A stretch of 64,000 bases of DNA from an uncultured Candidatus Saccharibacteria bacterium (GCA_964373675.1 CAYJVO010000001.1:4327-68326); one strand, 5' to 3'. Positions 45,324-53,844 are shown, counted from the stretch's first letter. The notes: generated from the sequence alone by a model not told the origin. Program-made: numbers and translations.

Positions 45324-45785
45324 CTACTTCTTGACTTTTAATTTCTGCAACGCCGTCAAAGCCGCTAAAGCATTGGTTAATTTATTAGGCGTGCGCCCCA
45401 AACATTTGGCAGTAATGTCTTTTATTCCAGCCAACAGCAAAACTGCCCGAACAGATCCCCCCGCTCTTAAGCCGTGCCCTTCTTTTGCCGGTTTTAACTT
45501 AACCCGTGCCGCGCTGAATTTCGCTTCAACTTCGTGAGGAATGGTTCTTCCGATCAAATTAACTTTCATTAGATGCTTTTTTGCCCGCTCTTTAGCTTTT
45601 CCTATTGCCAAAGCAACATCCGCGCCCTTTCCAATGCCAATGCCAATTCTGCCGTTTTCATCGCCAATTGCTACGGCGGCTCGGAAACGAATGCGCTTAC
45701 CCCCTGCCACTACCCTGGTTACGCGCCGCAAATCCAAAGTTTTATCTTTAAATTCGCTTTTTGGTTTTTGTTCTCTAGGAATCAT
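45324..45785 (-). CDS. rpsE: 30S ribosomal protein S5
   Basis: 153 aa with a dsRBD-like N-domain and GRRFRF-like/VAVGDENGRIGIG motifs. Confidence 0.9.
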   Translation of the reverse strand: MIPREQKPKSEFKDKTLDLRRVTRVVAGGKRIRFRAAVAIGDENGRIGIGIGKGADVALAIGKAKERAKKHLMKVNLIGRTIPHEVEAKFSAARVKLKPAKEGHGLRAGGSVRAVLLLAGIKDITAKCLGRTPNKLTNALAALTALQKLKVKK

Positions 45786-45787
45786 AA

Positions 45788-46144
45788 TTAAAATTTTAAT
45801 CCGGCTTCTCTTGCGCTTTCAGCGATTGCTTTTATTCTACCGTGGAACTTATAAAAACCGCGGCTAAAAACTACTGACTTGACGCCTAGCCGCTTAGCTT
45901 TCTCAGCCACTAATTCGCCCAAAAATTTAGCCTGCCCGGTTTTTGTTTTCGCCCCCTTTTTCAATTCTTTGGTAGAAGCCGAAGCCAAGGTATGTCCTTT
46001 ACTATCGTCTATTAATTGGGCGTAGGTATAGCGGTTGCTTCGAAAAACCGAAAGTCGCGGCCGATCAGCGGTGCCAAAAATCTTAGCCCGACTCCGGCGC
46101 TTTCTCAACTCTCTATTAAAATTTCTTTTAGTAGTCGTGGCCAT
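45788..46144 (-). CDS. rplR: 50S ribosomal protein L18
   Basis: [20 protein letters not shown] motif. Confidence 0.9.
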   Translation of the reverse strand: MATTTKRNFNRELRKRRSRAKIFGTADRPRLSVFRSNRYTYAQLIDDSKGHTLASASTKELKKGAKTKTGQAKFLGELVAEKAKRLGVKSVVFSRGFYKFHGRIKAIAESAREAGLKF

Positions 46145-46169
46145 AGTTATTTGTCATAGTCATTTGCCA

Positions 46170-46721
46170 TTATGCCGCTGTCCCAGCTCCCGCGACTTTT
46201 TTGCCTTCCTTGCGGCGGATAACTTCGCCTTTATATCTAATACCCTTGCCTTTGTACGGTTCCGGCTTTTTGATTTTTCTAATCTTTGCCGCCGCTAAAC
46301 CAACGAGGTTTTTATCAATACCGGAGACAGTAATCGTACCCTTCTCAACTGCTATTTTAATGCCGGCTGGAGGCGTAAATTTGGCTGGGTGAGTAAAACC
46401 TACATTTAAAACCAGGGAATTTCCTTCCATGGTGGCGCGAAAACCCACTCCCTCAATTTCCAAAGATTTACTGAACCCGCCGGCAACGCCCTGAATGGCG
46501 TTTTTCAATAAAGCGGCTGCCGTGCCCCAATTTGCCAATGCCTGCTTATGGCTTGCTGAAGGTTTTAATAATGCTTCTTTATCTCTCAGCTCCGCGAAAA
46601 TAAAAGGCGGCAATTTCAATTCCAACGCACCTTGCTTACCTTTAACCTGCAACGTTCCAGCCGCTTCTTTTACTTCCACGCCCTCTGGTATTACAATTGG
46701 TTTTTTAGCTAGTTTACTCAT
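46170..46721 (-). CDS. rplF: 50S ribosomal protein L6
   Basis: 183 aa, two alpha/beta repeats, GKGIRYKGEVIRRKEGK at the C-terminus. Confidence 0.9.
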   Translation of the reverse strand: MSKLAKKPIVIPEGVEVKEAAGTLQVKGKQGALELKLPPFIFAELRDKEALLKPSASHKQALANWGTAAALLKNAIQGVAGGFSKSLEIEGVGFRATMEGNSLVLNVGFTHPAKFTPPAGIKIAVEKGTITVSGIDKNLVGLAAAKIRKIKKPEPYKGKGIRYKGEVIRRKEGKKVAGAGTAA

Positions 46722-46727
46722 TGTAAA

Positions 46728-46858
46728 TGACTACGAAATACGAAATCTTACCAATATACGAAACCGATTTGGTATATTCGCTTGCCTGCCGGCCTTGCTC
46801 CGCCGAAGCGCTACGCGAAGGCGATGCAGGCAGGTACTATTTTCGTATTTGGTAGCTA
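46728..46858. repeat. Family B element, long variant, copy B3 (between rplF and rpsH)
   Basis: About 95% identical to 16207-16332. Fills the 137-bp rplF-rpsH spacer from start codon to stop codon. Confidence 0.75.
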
Positions 46859-47239
46859 CTACCATATTTCAAATAGTATTACTCCCCCGACCTTGGCTTT
46901 GCGCGCATCTTTAAAAGACATGATGCCTTGGGGTGTGGAAATCACTCCTAATCCATAACCCTGTCTTACCTTTTTTAAATCGCGGTAGCCCGCATATATT
47001 CGGCGCGACGGTTTGCTCACAAATTTAATTTCTTCAATTATGCCCCCGCCGTCTTTGTATTTTAATTTAATTTCAATAATTCTCTTGGGCATCCTCCCTT
47101 TCTTTTCTGCCGATTCTATAAACTTATTTTCGGCCAGAATTTGAGCAATAGCTAAATCCATACCAGAATAAGCCGTTTTTACGGTTTCTTTTTTCGCCTT
47201 TTGGGCGTTTTTGATTTTAATTAAGAGATCTGTGTACAT
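46859..47239 (-). CDS. rpsH: 30S ribosomal protein S8
   Basis: MYTDLLIKIKNAQKAKKETV N-terminus. Confidence 0.9.
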   Translation of the reverse strand: MYTDLLIKIKNAQKAKKETVKTAYSGMDLAIAQILAENKFIESAEKKGRMPKRIIEIKLKYKDGGGIIEEIKFVSKPSRRIYAGYRDLKKVRQGYGLGVISTPQGIMSFKDARKAKVGGVILFEIW

Positions 47240-47263
47240 GGTTTTTTATAAGTCCCTAGTGGC

Positions 47264-47449
47264 TTACCAACTAGCCTTTTTTACTCCGGGTATTTCGCCG
47301 CGACTGGCTAATTCCCGAAAACAAATCCGGCAAAGACCGAATGCTCTCATAAAGCCCCGCCGTCTGCCGCAGCGAAAACAACGTCTTACTAATCGGGTAG
47401 AAAATTTTGGTTTCTTTTTTGATCTTGCGACTACGGATTTTTTAGCCAT
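47264..47449 (-). CDS. rpsZ: 30S ribosomal protein S14, type Z (zinc ribbon)
   Basis: 61 aa with [20 protein letters not shown] (C-x2-C...C-x2-C). Confidence 0.9.
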   Translation of the reverse strand: MAKKSVVARSKKKPKFSTRLVRRCFRCGRRRGFMRAFGLCRICFRELASRGEIPGVKKASW

Positions 47450-47450
47450 G

Positions 47451-47945
47451 CTAAGATTTCTTTAACGGCAACCCGAGTTTTTTGTAGAGCTGAATTGCTT
47501 GCTCGCGTCCCTTAACGGTTTTGGGCACTATTGTTGCTTGCAGCCCAAAGACTTTGGTATTTTCCGGATTAATTTCTGGGAAGACAATATGCTCTTTTAT
47601 TCCTATTGTCAAATTACCATTCTCATCCACATTTTTTAGATTAATGCCTCTAAAATCCCGAATGCGAGGAAGCACCGCCTTAATCAATTTATCTAAAAAA
47701 TCAACCATTAGTTTTCTACGCAAGGTGGCTTTTAATCCAACGATCATCCCTTCCCTGGTCTTAAAACCGGATATAGATTTTTTGGCGGGACGGATTGCGG
47801 GCTTTTGTCCGGTAATTGCCGCCATATCCCTAATAATTTCCGGCAAAATTTTTTCCGCAAAGCCCGGCGTTGTTGATAAACGACCGATTCCGGTATTAAT
47901 TACTATCTTTTCCAGATTCTCCTTTATTTTATTATCTTTAGTCAT
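47451..47945 (-). CDS. rplE: 50S ribosomal protein L5
   Basis: 164 aa, NTGIGRL...GQKP motifs. Confidence 0.9.
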   Translation of the reverse strand: MTKDNKIKENLEKIVINTGIGRLSTTPGFAEKILPEIIRDMAAITGQKPAIRPAKKSISGFKTREGMIVGLKATLRRKLMVDFLDKLIKAVLPRIRDFRGINLKNVDENGNLTIGIKEHIVFPEINPENTKVFGLQATIVPKTVKGREQAIQLYKKLGLPLKKS

Positions 47946-47964
47946 ACAAAGAGATGTTTATCCC

Positions 47965-48005
47965 CACACCTTCTCGCGAGGTATTACACTCCGCGAGAAG
48001 GTGTG
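47965..48005 (-). promoter_or_regulatory. Strong hairpin in the rplX-rplE spacer (candidate translational-control or processing structure)
   Basis: CACACCTTCTCGCGAG - 11 nt - CCGCGAGAAGGTGTG, 15 of 16 bp, starting 20 nt upstream of the rplE start. No T-run follows on the transcribed strand. Confidence 0.45.
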
Positions 48006-48013
48006 AAGATTTA

Positions 48014-48319
48014 TTAAAACACGCTTTTACACTTTTTGCAATACCGTACCTTTTGTTCGCCTTCGGCGCGATAACCGACGCGAACTGCTTCTTTGCAATT
48101 AGCACAAACCGGCATCGCCTTTGATTCTTTTAGTGGCCGAATGTTGTTAACTATTTCCCCCTTCCCCCCTTGTTTTTTTGGACGCTGATGTTTTTTATAA
48201 ACATTAAAGCCTTCCACCGTAACAGTTGCTTTGCTGTGATCAACTCTTAAAACTCTGCCCGTCTTCCCCCGGTCTTTGCCAGAAATTATTTTAACCGTAT
48301 CGCCTTTCTTTATCCTCAT
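48014..48319 (-). CDS. rplX: 50S ribosomal protein L24 with C-terminal C4 zinc-ribbon
   Basis: KOW motif GDTVKIISGKDRGKTGRVL. The C-terminus is PVCANCKEAVRVGYRAEGEQKVRYCKKCKSVF (C-x2-C...C-x2-C). Confidence 0.85.
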   Translation of the reverse strand: MRIKKGDTVKIISGKDRGKTGRVLRVDHSKATVTVEGFNVYKKHQRPKKQGGKGEIVNNIRPLKESKAMPVCANCKEAVRVGYRAEGEQKVRYCKKCKSVF

Positions 48320-48428
48320 ATTTTTTACCGCTCCAAATCTACGAATTTGTCCGAAGTTAACGAATAGAATCCAAATAATTTTCGTGAAATGTTCGGCATC
48401 TTCGGATATTTCGGATTATTCGGATCGG

Positions 48429-48797
48429 TCATACTATTTCTTCCGCCATTGAAAAAATGGTTTCAAATCCCTTTTCTTTCAGCTCTCTGGGTATTGGCCC
48501 GAAAATACGGGTTGCTCGAGGTTCCCGCTTTTCATCAATTAAAACAGCCGCATTTTCGTCAAAGCGCACTCTTGTTCCATCGGTACGCCGCAATGGATGG
48601 CGCTGGCGAACTATTACTGCCTTGATTATATCTTTTTTCTTTACCGGTTTTCTTGGCTCAGCCGCTTGAACAGAAGCAATGATAATATCGCCGATGCGGG
48701 CATAACGCTTTCTGCTACCGCCCAAAACTCTAAAACAGCGGACGGTTTTTGCTCCGGAGTTATCCGCCACTTTTAATATGGATCTTTCTTGAATCAT
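48429..48797 (-). CDS. rplN: 50S ribosomal protein L14
   Basis: MIQERSILKVADNSGAK N-terminus. Confidence 0.9.
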   Translation of the reverse strand: MIQERSILKVADNSGAKTVRCFRVLGGSRKRYARIGDIIIASVQAAEPRKPVKKKDIIKAVIVRQRHPLRRTDGTRVRFDENAAVLIDEKREPRATRIFGPIPRELKEKGFETIFSMAEEIV

Positions 48798-48894
48798 AGT
48801 GCTTACGCAGATAACACGAACAATACTAATTTTTACGCGAATGACCCAAATTTTTGTTTTCGTGTCATTCGTGTATACGTTCGTGTTATTAGTG

Positions 48895-49146
48895 TTAAGT
48901 TAATTTACTAACAATTCTCCATCTTTTCTCTTTGGACATCGGCCTAGTTTCTTCAATCACTACCTTATCCCCTATCTTGTACTCATTGTTTTCGCTATGG
49001 GCTTTAAATCTCTTAGTTACTTTGTAGTACTTCAGATAGCGCGGGTGTTTTTTTAACCGCGTTATGGCCACCACTACTGTTTTGTTCATCTTGTCCGACA
49101 CTACAACTCCTTCCAGTATTCGTTTTTTACCCTGTTGATTAGTCAT
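48895..49146 (-). CDS. rpsQ: 30S ribosomal protein S17
   Basis: 83 aa, [16 protein letters not shown]-fold start. Confidence 0.9.
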   Translation of the reverse strand: MTNQQGKKRILEGVVVSDKMNKTVVVAITRLKKHPRYLKYYKVTKRFKAHSENNEYKIGDKVVIEETRPMSKEKRWRIVSKLT

Positions 49147-49151
49147 ACTAA

Positions 49152-49346
49152 TTATTTATTTTGGCTTAGTATCGTCAGGATTCGGGCAATATCTTTTTTA
49201 ACTTTATGAATTTCTTTTACATTCTTAACTTTGCCGCCAGCTAAATCGTTTTTTAAATTCCACAAATTGTCGCGAAGTGAGGCCAGTATTTGTTTTAACT
49301 CTGCCCCCGGCTTAGTTTTTAATTGTTCAAATTCTTTTTTCTTCAT
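49152..49346 (-). CDS. rpmC: 50S ribosomal protein L29
   Basis: 64 aa helical protein ([17 protein letters not shown]). Start overlaps the rplP stop. Confidence 0.85.
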   Translation of the reverse strand: MKKKEFEQLKTKPGAELKQILASLRDNLWNLKNDLAGGKVKNVKEIHKVKKDIARILTILSQNK

Positions 49347-49756
49347 GCTTTTGATATGATTCTAGTCTTTATCGGCAATTTATGACTGGCTAAACGCAAG
49401 GCCTCCTTGGCTAATTCCGGAGCAACGCCGTCCATTTCAAACAAAATTCTGCCCGGTTTTACCGGAAAAACATAGTGATCCACCGATCCCTTGCCGCCCC
49501 CCATAGTTATTTCCGGCGGCCGTTTGGTAACTGGCTTATCCGGGAAAATCCGAATCCAAAGTTTTCCTTCCCGTTCAATAAAATTTCTAATGGTCTTGCG
49601 GGCGGCTTCAATCTGACGGGAATTAATCCACGCAGAACTCTCGGCTTTTAGTCCAAAGCTTCCGAACATAAGGGTGGTGCCGCGTGTTTCAACAGCCCGA
49701 TCTTTAGACCGTCCCTTTTGCCATTTTCTATGTTTTACTTTTTTTGGTACTAACAT
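49343..49756 (-). CDS. rplP: 50S ribosomal protein L16
   Basis: [17 protein letters not shown]-terminus. Confidence 0.9.
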   Translation of the reverse strand: MLVPKKVKHRKWQKGRSKDRAVETRGTTLMFGSFGLKAESSAWINSRQIEAARKTIRNFIEREGKLWIRIFPDKPVTKRPPEITMGGGKGSVDHYVFPVKPGRILFEMDGVAPELAKEALRLASHKLPIKTRIISKA

Positions 49757-49759
49757 AAT

Positions 49760-49848
49760 TATGTTAAATGGTTATATGTTCAATGCGACATGTGTAAAAT
49801 TAATTTTTAAACTTGCTTGCCACTTGTCGCATTTTACATTTCACTTTT
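49760..49848. repeat. Family F element, copy F2 (rplP-rpsC spacer)
   Basis: Shares sequence blocks with 45250-45315 and has internal inverted symmetry (AATGCGACATGTG...CACTTGTCGCATT). Confidence 0.6.
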
Positions 49849-50520
49849 TTACTTTTCGTTAAATATTTCCCCTTTATAAATCCAGACCTTGACTCCGACG
49901 GTTCCATAATTGCAAAAAGCTGTTGCTTCTCCATAATCAATATCTGCTCTTAAAGTTTGCAGCGGAAGTTTTCCCTTTGAAACCCATTCGCGCCGAGAAA
50001 TTTCCGCTCCATCAATGCGGCCGGACAATCTAATCTTCGCCCCTTGCGCATCTTTGTACTGCATGATGTTTTCCAAATATTTCTTCATGGTGCCGCGGGC
50101 AGGCCGACGCTTTTCTAAATCCCAAGCTATATTTTGAGCCATATTTTGAGCGGAAACCTCAGCTCTTTTTAACTCCTCTACATTTAAGCTGATGGAGAAT
50201 TTCGTCTTTTTTTCTTTGCGTTCTTTAAAAAGTCTAATGAGTTTTTTTTCAATCTGCTTATTAAGTTCCTCAATTCCTTTTCCGCCGCGGCCGATTATTA
50301 AACCGGGGCGGGCGGCTTTAATAAAAATCCGATAAGTTTCGCGGCTCCCCCTCTCAATGTCAATTTTCACAATGCCAGCGGGCTCCAGTTTTTCTTTAAT
50401 AATTCTGCGAATCAAAACATCCTCTTCCAGCTGATATTTATAATCTCCGCCAAACCACCTGGATGACCAGTTTTTCGTAATCCCGAGCCGTAATGAATAT
50501 GGTTTAATTTTCTGTCCCAT
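49849..50520 (-). CDS. rpsC: 30S ribosomal protein S3
   Basis: MGQKIKPYSLRLGI N-terminus and a KH domain. Confidence 0.9.
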   Translation of the reverse strand: MGQKIKPYSLRLGITKNWSSRWFGGDYKYQLEEDVLIRRIIKEKLEPAGIVKIDIERGSRETYRIFIKAARPGLIIGRGGKGIEELNKQIEKKLIRLFKERKEKKTKFSISLNVEELKRAEVSAQNMAQNIAWDLEKRRPARGTMKKYLENIMQYKDAQGAKIRLSGRIDGAEISRREWVSKGKLPLQTLRADIDYGEATAFCNYGTVGVKVWIYKGEIFNEK

Positions 50521-50528
50521 TGTAATAT

Positions 50529-50604
50529 GGCTACGAAATACGAAATTTTACTAATATACGAAATTGGTTTTGTATATTCGTACTATTTTCGTATTTAGTG
50601 GCTG
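50529..50604. repeat. Family B element, short variant, copy B4 (rpsC-rplV spacer)
   Basis: GGCTACGAAATACGAAATTTTACTAATATACGAAATTGGTTTTGTATATTCGTACTATTTTCGTATTTAGTGGCTG. Near-identical to 52366-52438. Confidence 0.75.
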
Positions 50605-51105
50605 TTATACGCTTTTCCTTCTAAATAATCTCTTGAAGAATCCCGGCCTTTCTTGTTTGACTTCTTTTTCTTTTTGCTGCTGCGGTTTTAGAGCCTTCGC
50701 CTTCGGTACTTTCTTTTTCTTTGCTTTTTTTGGAGGCGGCATAATTACAAACCGGCTCGCCAGTGGCTGAGCCGCTTCCTCCAAAGTTAAAATTACATGG
50801 CTCATTTTTTTCTGAATCGGGGTCGCTCGTCCCTGGGCCCGCGGCATGAATCTTTTGAGCATTGGGCCCTGATTAACAATGATTTGCTTAATAAACAGCC
50901 GGCTAGCATCCAGTTTTTGATTATTTTTTGCATTAGCAACCGCTGAATGCAGTAACTTTAATAATGGCTTGGCAGATCGCTGACTTCTCATTAATAATTG
51001 GGCTTCGGCTTCCTGAATCGGCAAACCTCGTAAAATATCGGCGATCAACCTGACTTTGCGAGGCGCAATACTCAAATTGTTTAATTTTACTGTTTCTTGG
51101 TTCAT
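50605..51105 (-). CDS. rplV: 50S ribosomal protein L22 with Lys-rich C-terminal extension
   Basis: L22 core (APRKVRLIADILRG), then ~55 aa of extra K/P/Q-rich sequence. Confidence 0.85.
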   Translation of the reverse strand: MNQETVKLNNLSIAPRKVRLIADILRGLPIQEAEAQLLMRSQRSAKPLLKLLHSAVANAKNNQKLDASRLFIKQIIVNQGPMLKRFMPRAQGRATPIQKKMSHVILTLEEAAQPLASRFVIMPPPKKAKKKKVPKAKALKPQQQKEKEVKQERPGFFKRLFRRKSV

Positions 51106-51109
51106 AAAT

Positions 51110-51454
51110 CTATTTTTTTACCCCCTCAGCTGTCGCCTGAACCGCCTTGGCTTTTTCTGTCTCCGATTGCGCTTGCGCCGCCTCCAGTTCACGCTGCATC
51201 TTGCCACCATGTCTGACGAATTTTCTGGTCGGCGCAAATTCTCCAAGCCGATGGCCGACCATTTCTTCTTTAATTGAAACTTCCACGAAATTCTTGCCAT
51301 TATGGACTCCAAAAGTAAATCCCACCATTTCGGGAGCAATCTCCGAACCGCGAGACCAGGTTTTGATAACCGTCTTATCGCCCGGCTTTAAATTGGCTAT
51401 CTTCTTTAATAGCTTCGGATCAACATATGGGCCTTTCTTGCTTGAACGAGTCAT
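51110..51454 (-). CDS. rpsS: 30S ribosomal protein S19 with C-terminal extension
   Basis: [11 protein letters not shown]...[13 protein letters not shown] core plus ~25 extra residues. Confidence 0.9.
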   Translation of the reverse strand: MTRSSKKGPYVDPKLLKKIANLKPGDKTVIKTWSRGSEIAPEMVGFTFGVHNGKNFVEVSIKEEMVGHRLGEFAPTRKFVRHGGKMQRELEAAQAQSETEKAKAVQATAEGVKK

Positions 51455-51526
51455 TTTGTGTCATGTGTCAGGTGTCAGGTGTCATGTACCGTTTTCTTGA
51501 TACTTGACACCTGATACCTGGCACGT
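51455..51526 (-). promoter_or_regulatory. Large hairpin built from heptamer repeats (GTGTCAK x4 opposite TGACACC/TGATACC) in the rplB-rpsS spacer
   Basis: GTGTCATGTGTCAGGTGTCAGGTGTCATGTACC...TGATACTTGACACCTGATACCTGGCAC. Arms are complementary over ~16-20 bp, allowing G:U pairs. Confidence 0.6.
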
Positions 51527-52357
51527 TTAGCGTATTTTTGGCCGCCTCTGCAAAATCAATTTACTTGACCATTTCTTTTTGTTGCGCGTCTTGTGGCCGC
51601 CGGTGACTTTCCCCCATAAAGTTTTCGGCCGGCGAGTGCCGCGCGGCTGTTTTCCTTCGCCGCCTCCATAAGGGTGGTCTACCGGATTCATTGCCGTCCC
51701 CCTTACTGTCGGTCTAATGCCTAGCCAGCGGGAACGCCCGGCCTTACCAATATTTACCAGATTATAATCGGGATTAGAAACTTGTCCAATGGTCGCCAAA
51801 CCGCTGGACGATACCTTACGAACTTCTTTGGAAGCAAGTTTGAGGGTGGTAAAACCGCCATCGTGCCCCAAAATTTCTGCAAAAGCACCGGCTGAACGCG
51901 CTAATCTTCCGCCGCTGCCGGGACGAATTTCTATATTATGAACTTGATAGCCGATGGGAAGATTCTTTAAAGGCAGCCGGTTGCCGACTTTTAACGGCGC
52001 ATTTTCCGAAGTAATAACAGTATCCCCCGCTTTTAGGCCTTTTGAAGCTAAAATATAACTGCGTTTGCCATCTTTATAAATGATTAAGGCGATGAAGGCG
52101 GAACGATAAGGATCGTATTCCAAGGTTTCAACTTTTGCCGGAATATTCATCCGGTTTTGTTTAAAATCTACCAAACGGTACAGTTTTTTATTTCCGCCTT
52201 CTTGGTGACGAGTGGCAATTACGCCGCGATTGTTGCGGCCGGCATTCGCGCGCAAACGAACCGTAAGCGGTTTGTACGGCTCGGTTTTGGTCAAAACCGA
52301 ATAATCAACTGAGGTCATTTGCCTTCTTGATGGACTTGTTGGTTTGTAAGTTTTCAT
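51527..52357 (-). CDS. rplB: 50S ribosomal protein L2
   Basis: 276 aa with GRNNRGVIATRHQEGG and VDHPYGGGEG motifs. Confidence 0.9.
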   Translation of the reverse strand: MKTYKPTSPSRRQMTSVDYSVLTKTEPYKPLTVRLRANAGRNNRGVIATRHQEGGNKKLYRLVDFKQNRMNIPAKVETLEYDPYRSAFIALIIYKDGKRSYILASKGLKAGDTVITSENAPLKVGNRLPLKNLPIGYQVHNIEIRPGSGGRLARSAGAFAEILGHDGGFTTLKLASKEVRKVSSSGLATIGQVSNPDYNLVNIGKAGRSRWLGIRPTVRGTAMNPVDHPYGGGEGKQPRGTRRPKTLWGKVTGGHKTRNKKKWSSKLILQRRPKIR

Positions 52358-52365
52358 TGAGATCT

Positions 52366-52438
52366 AACTACGATACGAAATTTTACTAATATACGAAATT
52401 GGTTTTGTATATTCGTACTATTTTCGTATTTGGTAGCC
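52366..52438. repeat. Family B element, short variant, copy B5 (rplB-rplW spacer)
   Basis: Near-identical to B4. Fills the spacer from the rplW stop to the rplB start. Confidence 0.75.
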
Positions 52439-52439
52439 A

Positions 52440-52721
52440 TTAATGTGGTAATATATCTAATTTTTGGCCTTCTTTCAGTGTAACGATAGCTTTCTTGTAC
52501 CCGGGCTTTATTCCAACCATTTTTCCCAGCCGGCGCGGCTTAGGCCGAGTATTTACGATATTAATCCGAATCACATCAACTTTATAAATCTCCTTGATGG
52601 CTTTTTTTATTTCCGGGCTTGCGGCTTTATCATCAACCAAAAAGATGTATTTGCCAAAAGCGCTCATCCGAGTTGCTTTTTCAGTAATAATTGGTCTTTT
52701 GACTAAAAATTTGTTGATCAT
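52440..52721 (-). CDS. rplW: 50S ribosomal protein L23
   Basis: 93 aa, KRPIITEKAT...KYIFLVD motif. Confidence 0.85.
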   Translation of the reverse strand: MINKFLVKRPIITEKATRMSAFGKYIFLVDDKAASPEIKKAIKEIYKVDVIRINIVNTRPKPRRLGKMVGIKPGYKKAIVTLKEGQKLDILPH

Positions 52722-53332
52722 TTTATTTCATTAATTGCCCGTTGATCCATTAAAATCTGCTTATATTTCAAAATATCCTCTACATTCAAAGAATTAGGGT
52801 GCGAGCTTTTCACTTTTGGCAAATTGGCTGAGGCCCTGAAAATTGTTTTATTGTCCATGGCTGGAAGCAAAAGCGCATTAAGAGTCGCATTTAAGATGCC
52901 GCTTAATTGGCTAACTAATTCCTTGGTTTTAGGATTGGCTATCACCAGTGAATCCACAATTTTTAACTCGCCATCAGCTAAACGCCGTGATAAAGCGGCG
53001 TAAATGGCGGCGCGAAGCATCTTTTTATTTATTTTTTGGGTAAAAATTTTTTCGCTGGTCGGGCCATGCGCTACTCCGCCGCCGCGCCAAATCGGTGAAC
53101 GAATGGAACCGTGACGAGCCCGGCCGGTGTGTTTTTGTCGCCAAGGTTTCCTGCCGCCGCCGCTCACCTCACCTCTACCTTTGGTGTTGGCCAGGGACCG
53201 ACGGCGATTAGCCTGCTGAGCAACAACTGCCTGATACACCAAATCAGCATTCCATTTATGCCTAAATATTTTGTCCGGCAAATCAATCTCGCCAACACTC
53301 TCCCCTCTTAAATTGTAAATTTTAGTAATCAT
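52718..53332 (-). CDS. rplD: 50S ribosomal protein L4
   Basis: 204 aa with QANRRRSLANTKGRGEVSGGGRKPWRQKHTGRAR. Confidence 0.9.
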   Translation of the reverse strand: MITKIYNLRGESVGEIDLPDKIFRHKWNADLVYQAVVAQQANRRRSLANTKGRGEVSGGGRKPWRQKHTGRARHGSIRSPIWRGGGVAHGPTSEKIFTQKINKKMLRAAIYAALSRRLADGELKIVDSLVIANPKTKELVSQLSGILNATLNALLLPAMDNKTIFRASANLPKVKSSHPNSLNVEDILKYKQILMDQRAINEIK

Positions 53333-53350
53333 GACGCTATTTGTAAATTT

Positions 53351-53773
53351 CTATTTTCTAATTTCTATCTTCCCGCTGTTATTCCCGGGCACCGCGCCTT
53401 TCAAAAAAACCAGCTTCTGTTCTTTATCTACATTAACAACCAACAAATTTTTAATCGTTGCCCGTCCGCCGCCCATTCGGCCAGGCATCCGCCTGCCCGG
53501 AAGTACTCTTTGCGCCGCAGTATTGCCGATTGATCCCGGAGCGCGGTGACGATTTTTTTGGCCGTGAGTTTTTGGGCCGCCGGCAAAACCATGCCGCTTA
53601 ACCACGCCCTGAAATCCTTTTCCTTTGGTAATTCCACTCACTTTTACAAGGTCGCCCTTCTTTACGAATTCTAAATCTGCCCCGTTTTCTAATTTTATCG
53701 GAGTGACAGCAATCGCTCGGTCATTATCAAACGTTTGAGTCATTTTTAACTTTTTACCGCTAACTTTGTTCAT
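53351..53773 (-). CDS. rplC: 50S ribosomal protein L3, unusually short (~140 aa)
   Basis: MNKVSGKKLKMTQTFDNDRAIAVTPIKL aligns with the canonical L3 N-terminus (MKGLLGKKVGMTQIF...). TKGKGFQGVVKRHGFAGGPKTHG...PGSIG aligns with the conserved central and C-terminal region. The ~60-70 residues normally between these blocks are absent. The track ORF starts 15 codons upstream (53818). Confidence 0.8.
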   Translation of the reverse strand: MNKVSGKKLKMTQTFDNDRAIAVTPIKLENGADLEFVKKGDLVKVSGITKGKGFQGVVKRHGFAGGPKTHGQKNRHRAPGSIGNTAAQRVLPGRRMPGRMGGGRATIKNLLVVNVDKEQKLVFLKGAVPGNNSGKIEIRK

Positions 53774-53844
53774 TGGATTTTTACAAAAACAACCGCTAGA
53801 CAGCGGTTGTTTTTGCACTACTGACTAGCCAGAATATTGTACGC

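Noticed and set aside
53774-53818. 15-codon N-terminal extension of rplC (MQKQPLSSGCFCKNP), and similar upstream extensions on thyA (to 62935), alr (to 24667), murC (to 41654) and the M50 gene (to 24863)
   Set aside because: Internal methionines align with canonical protein N-termini. The extensions overlap neighbouring genes or repeat elements and lack homology.
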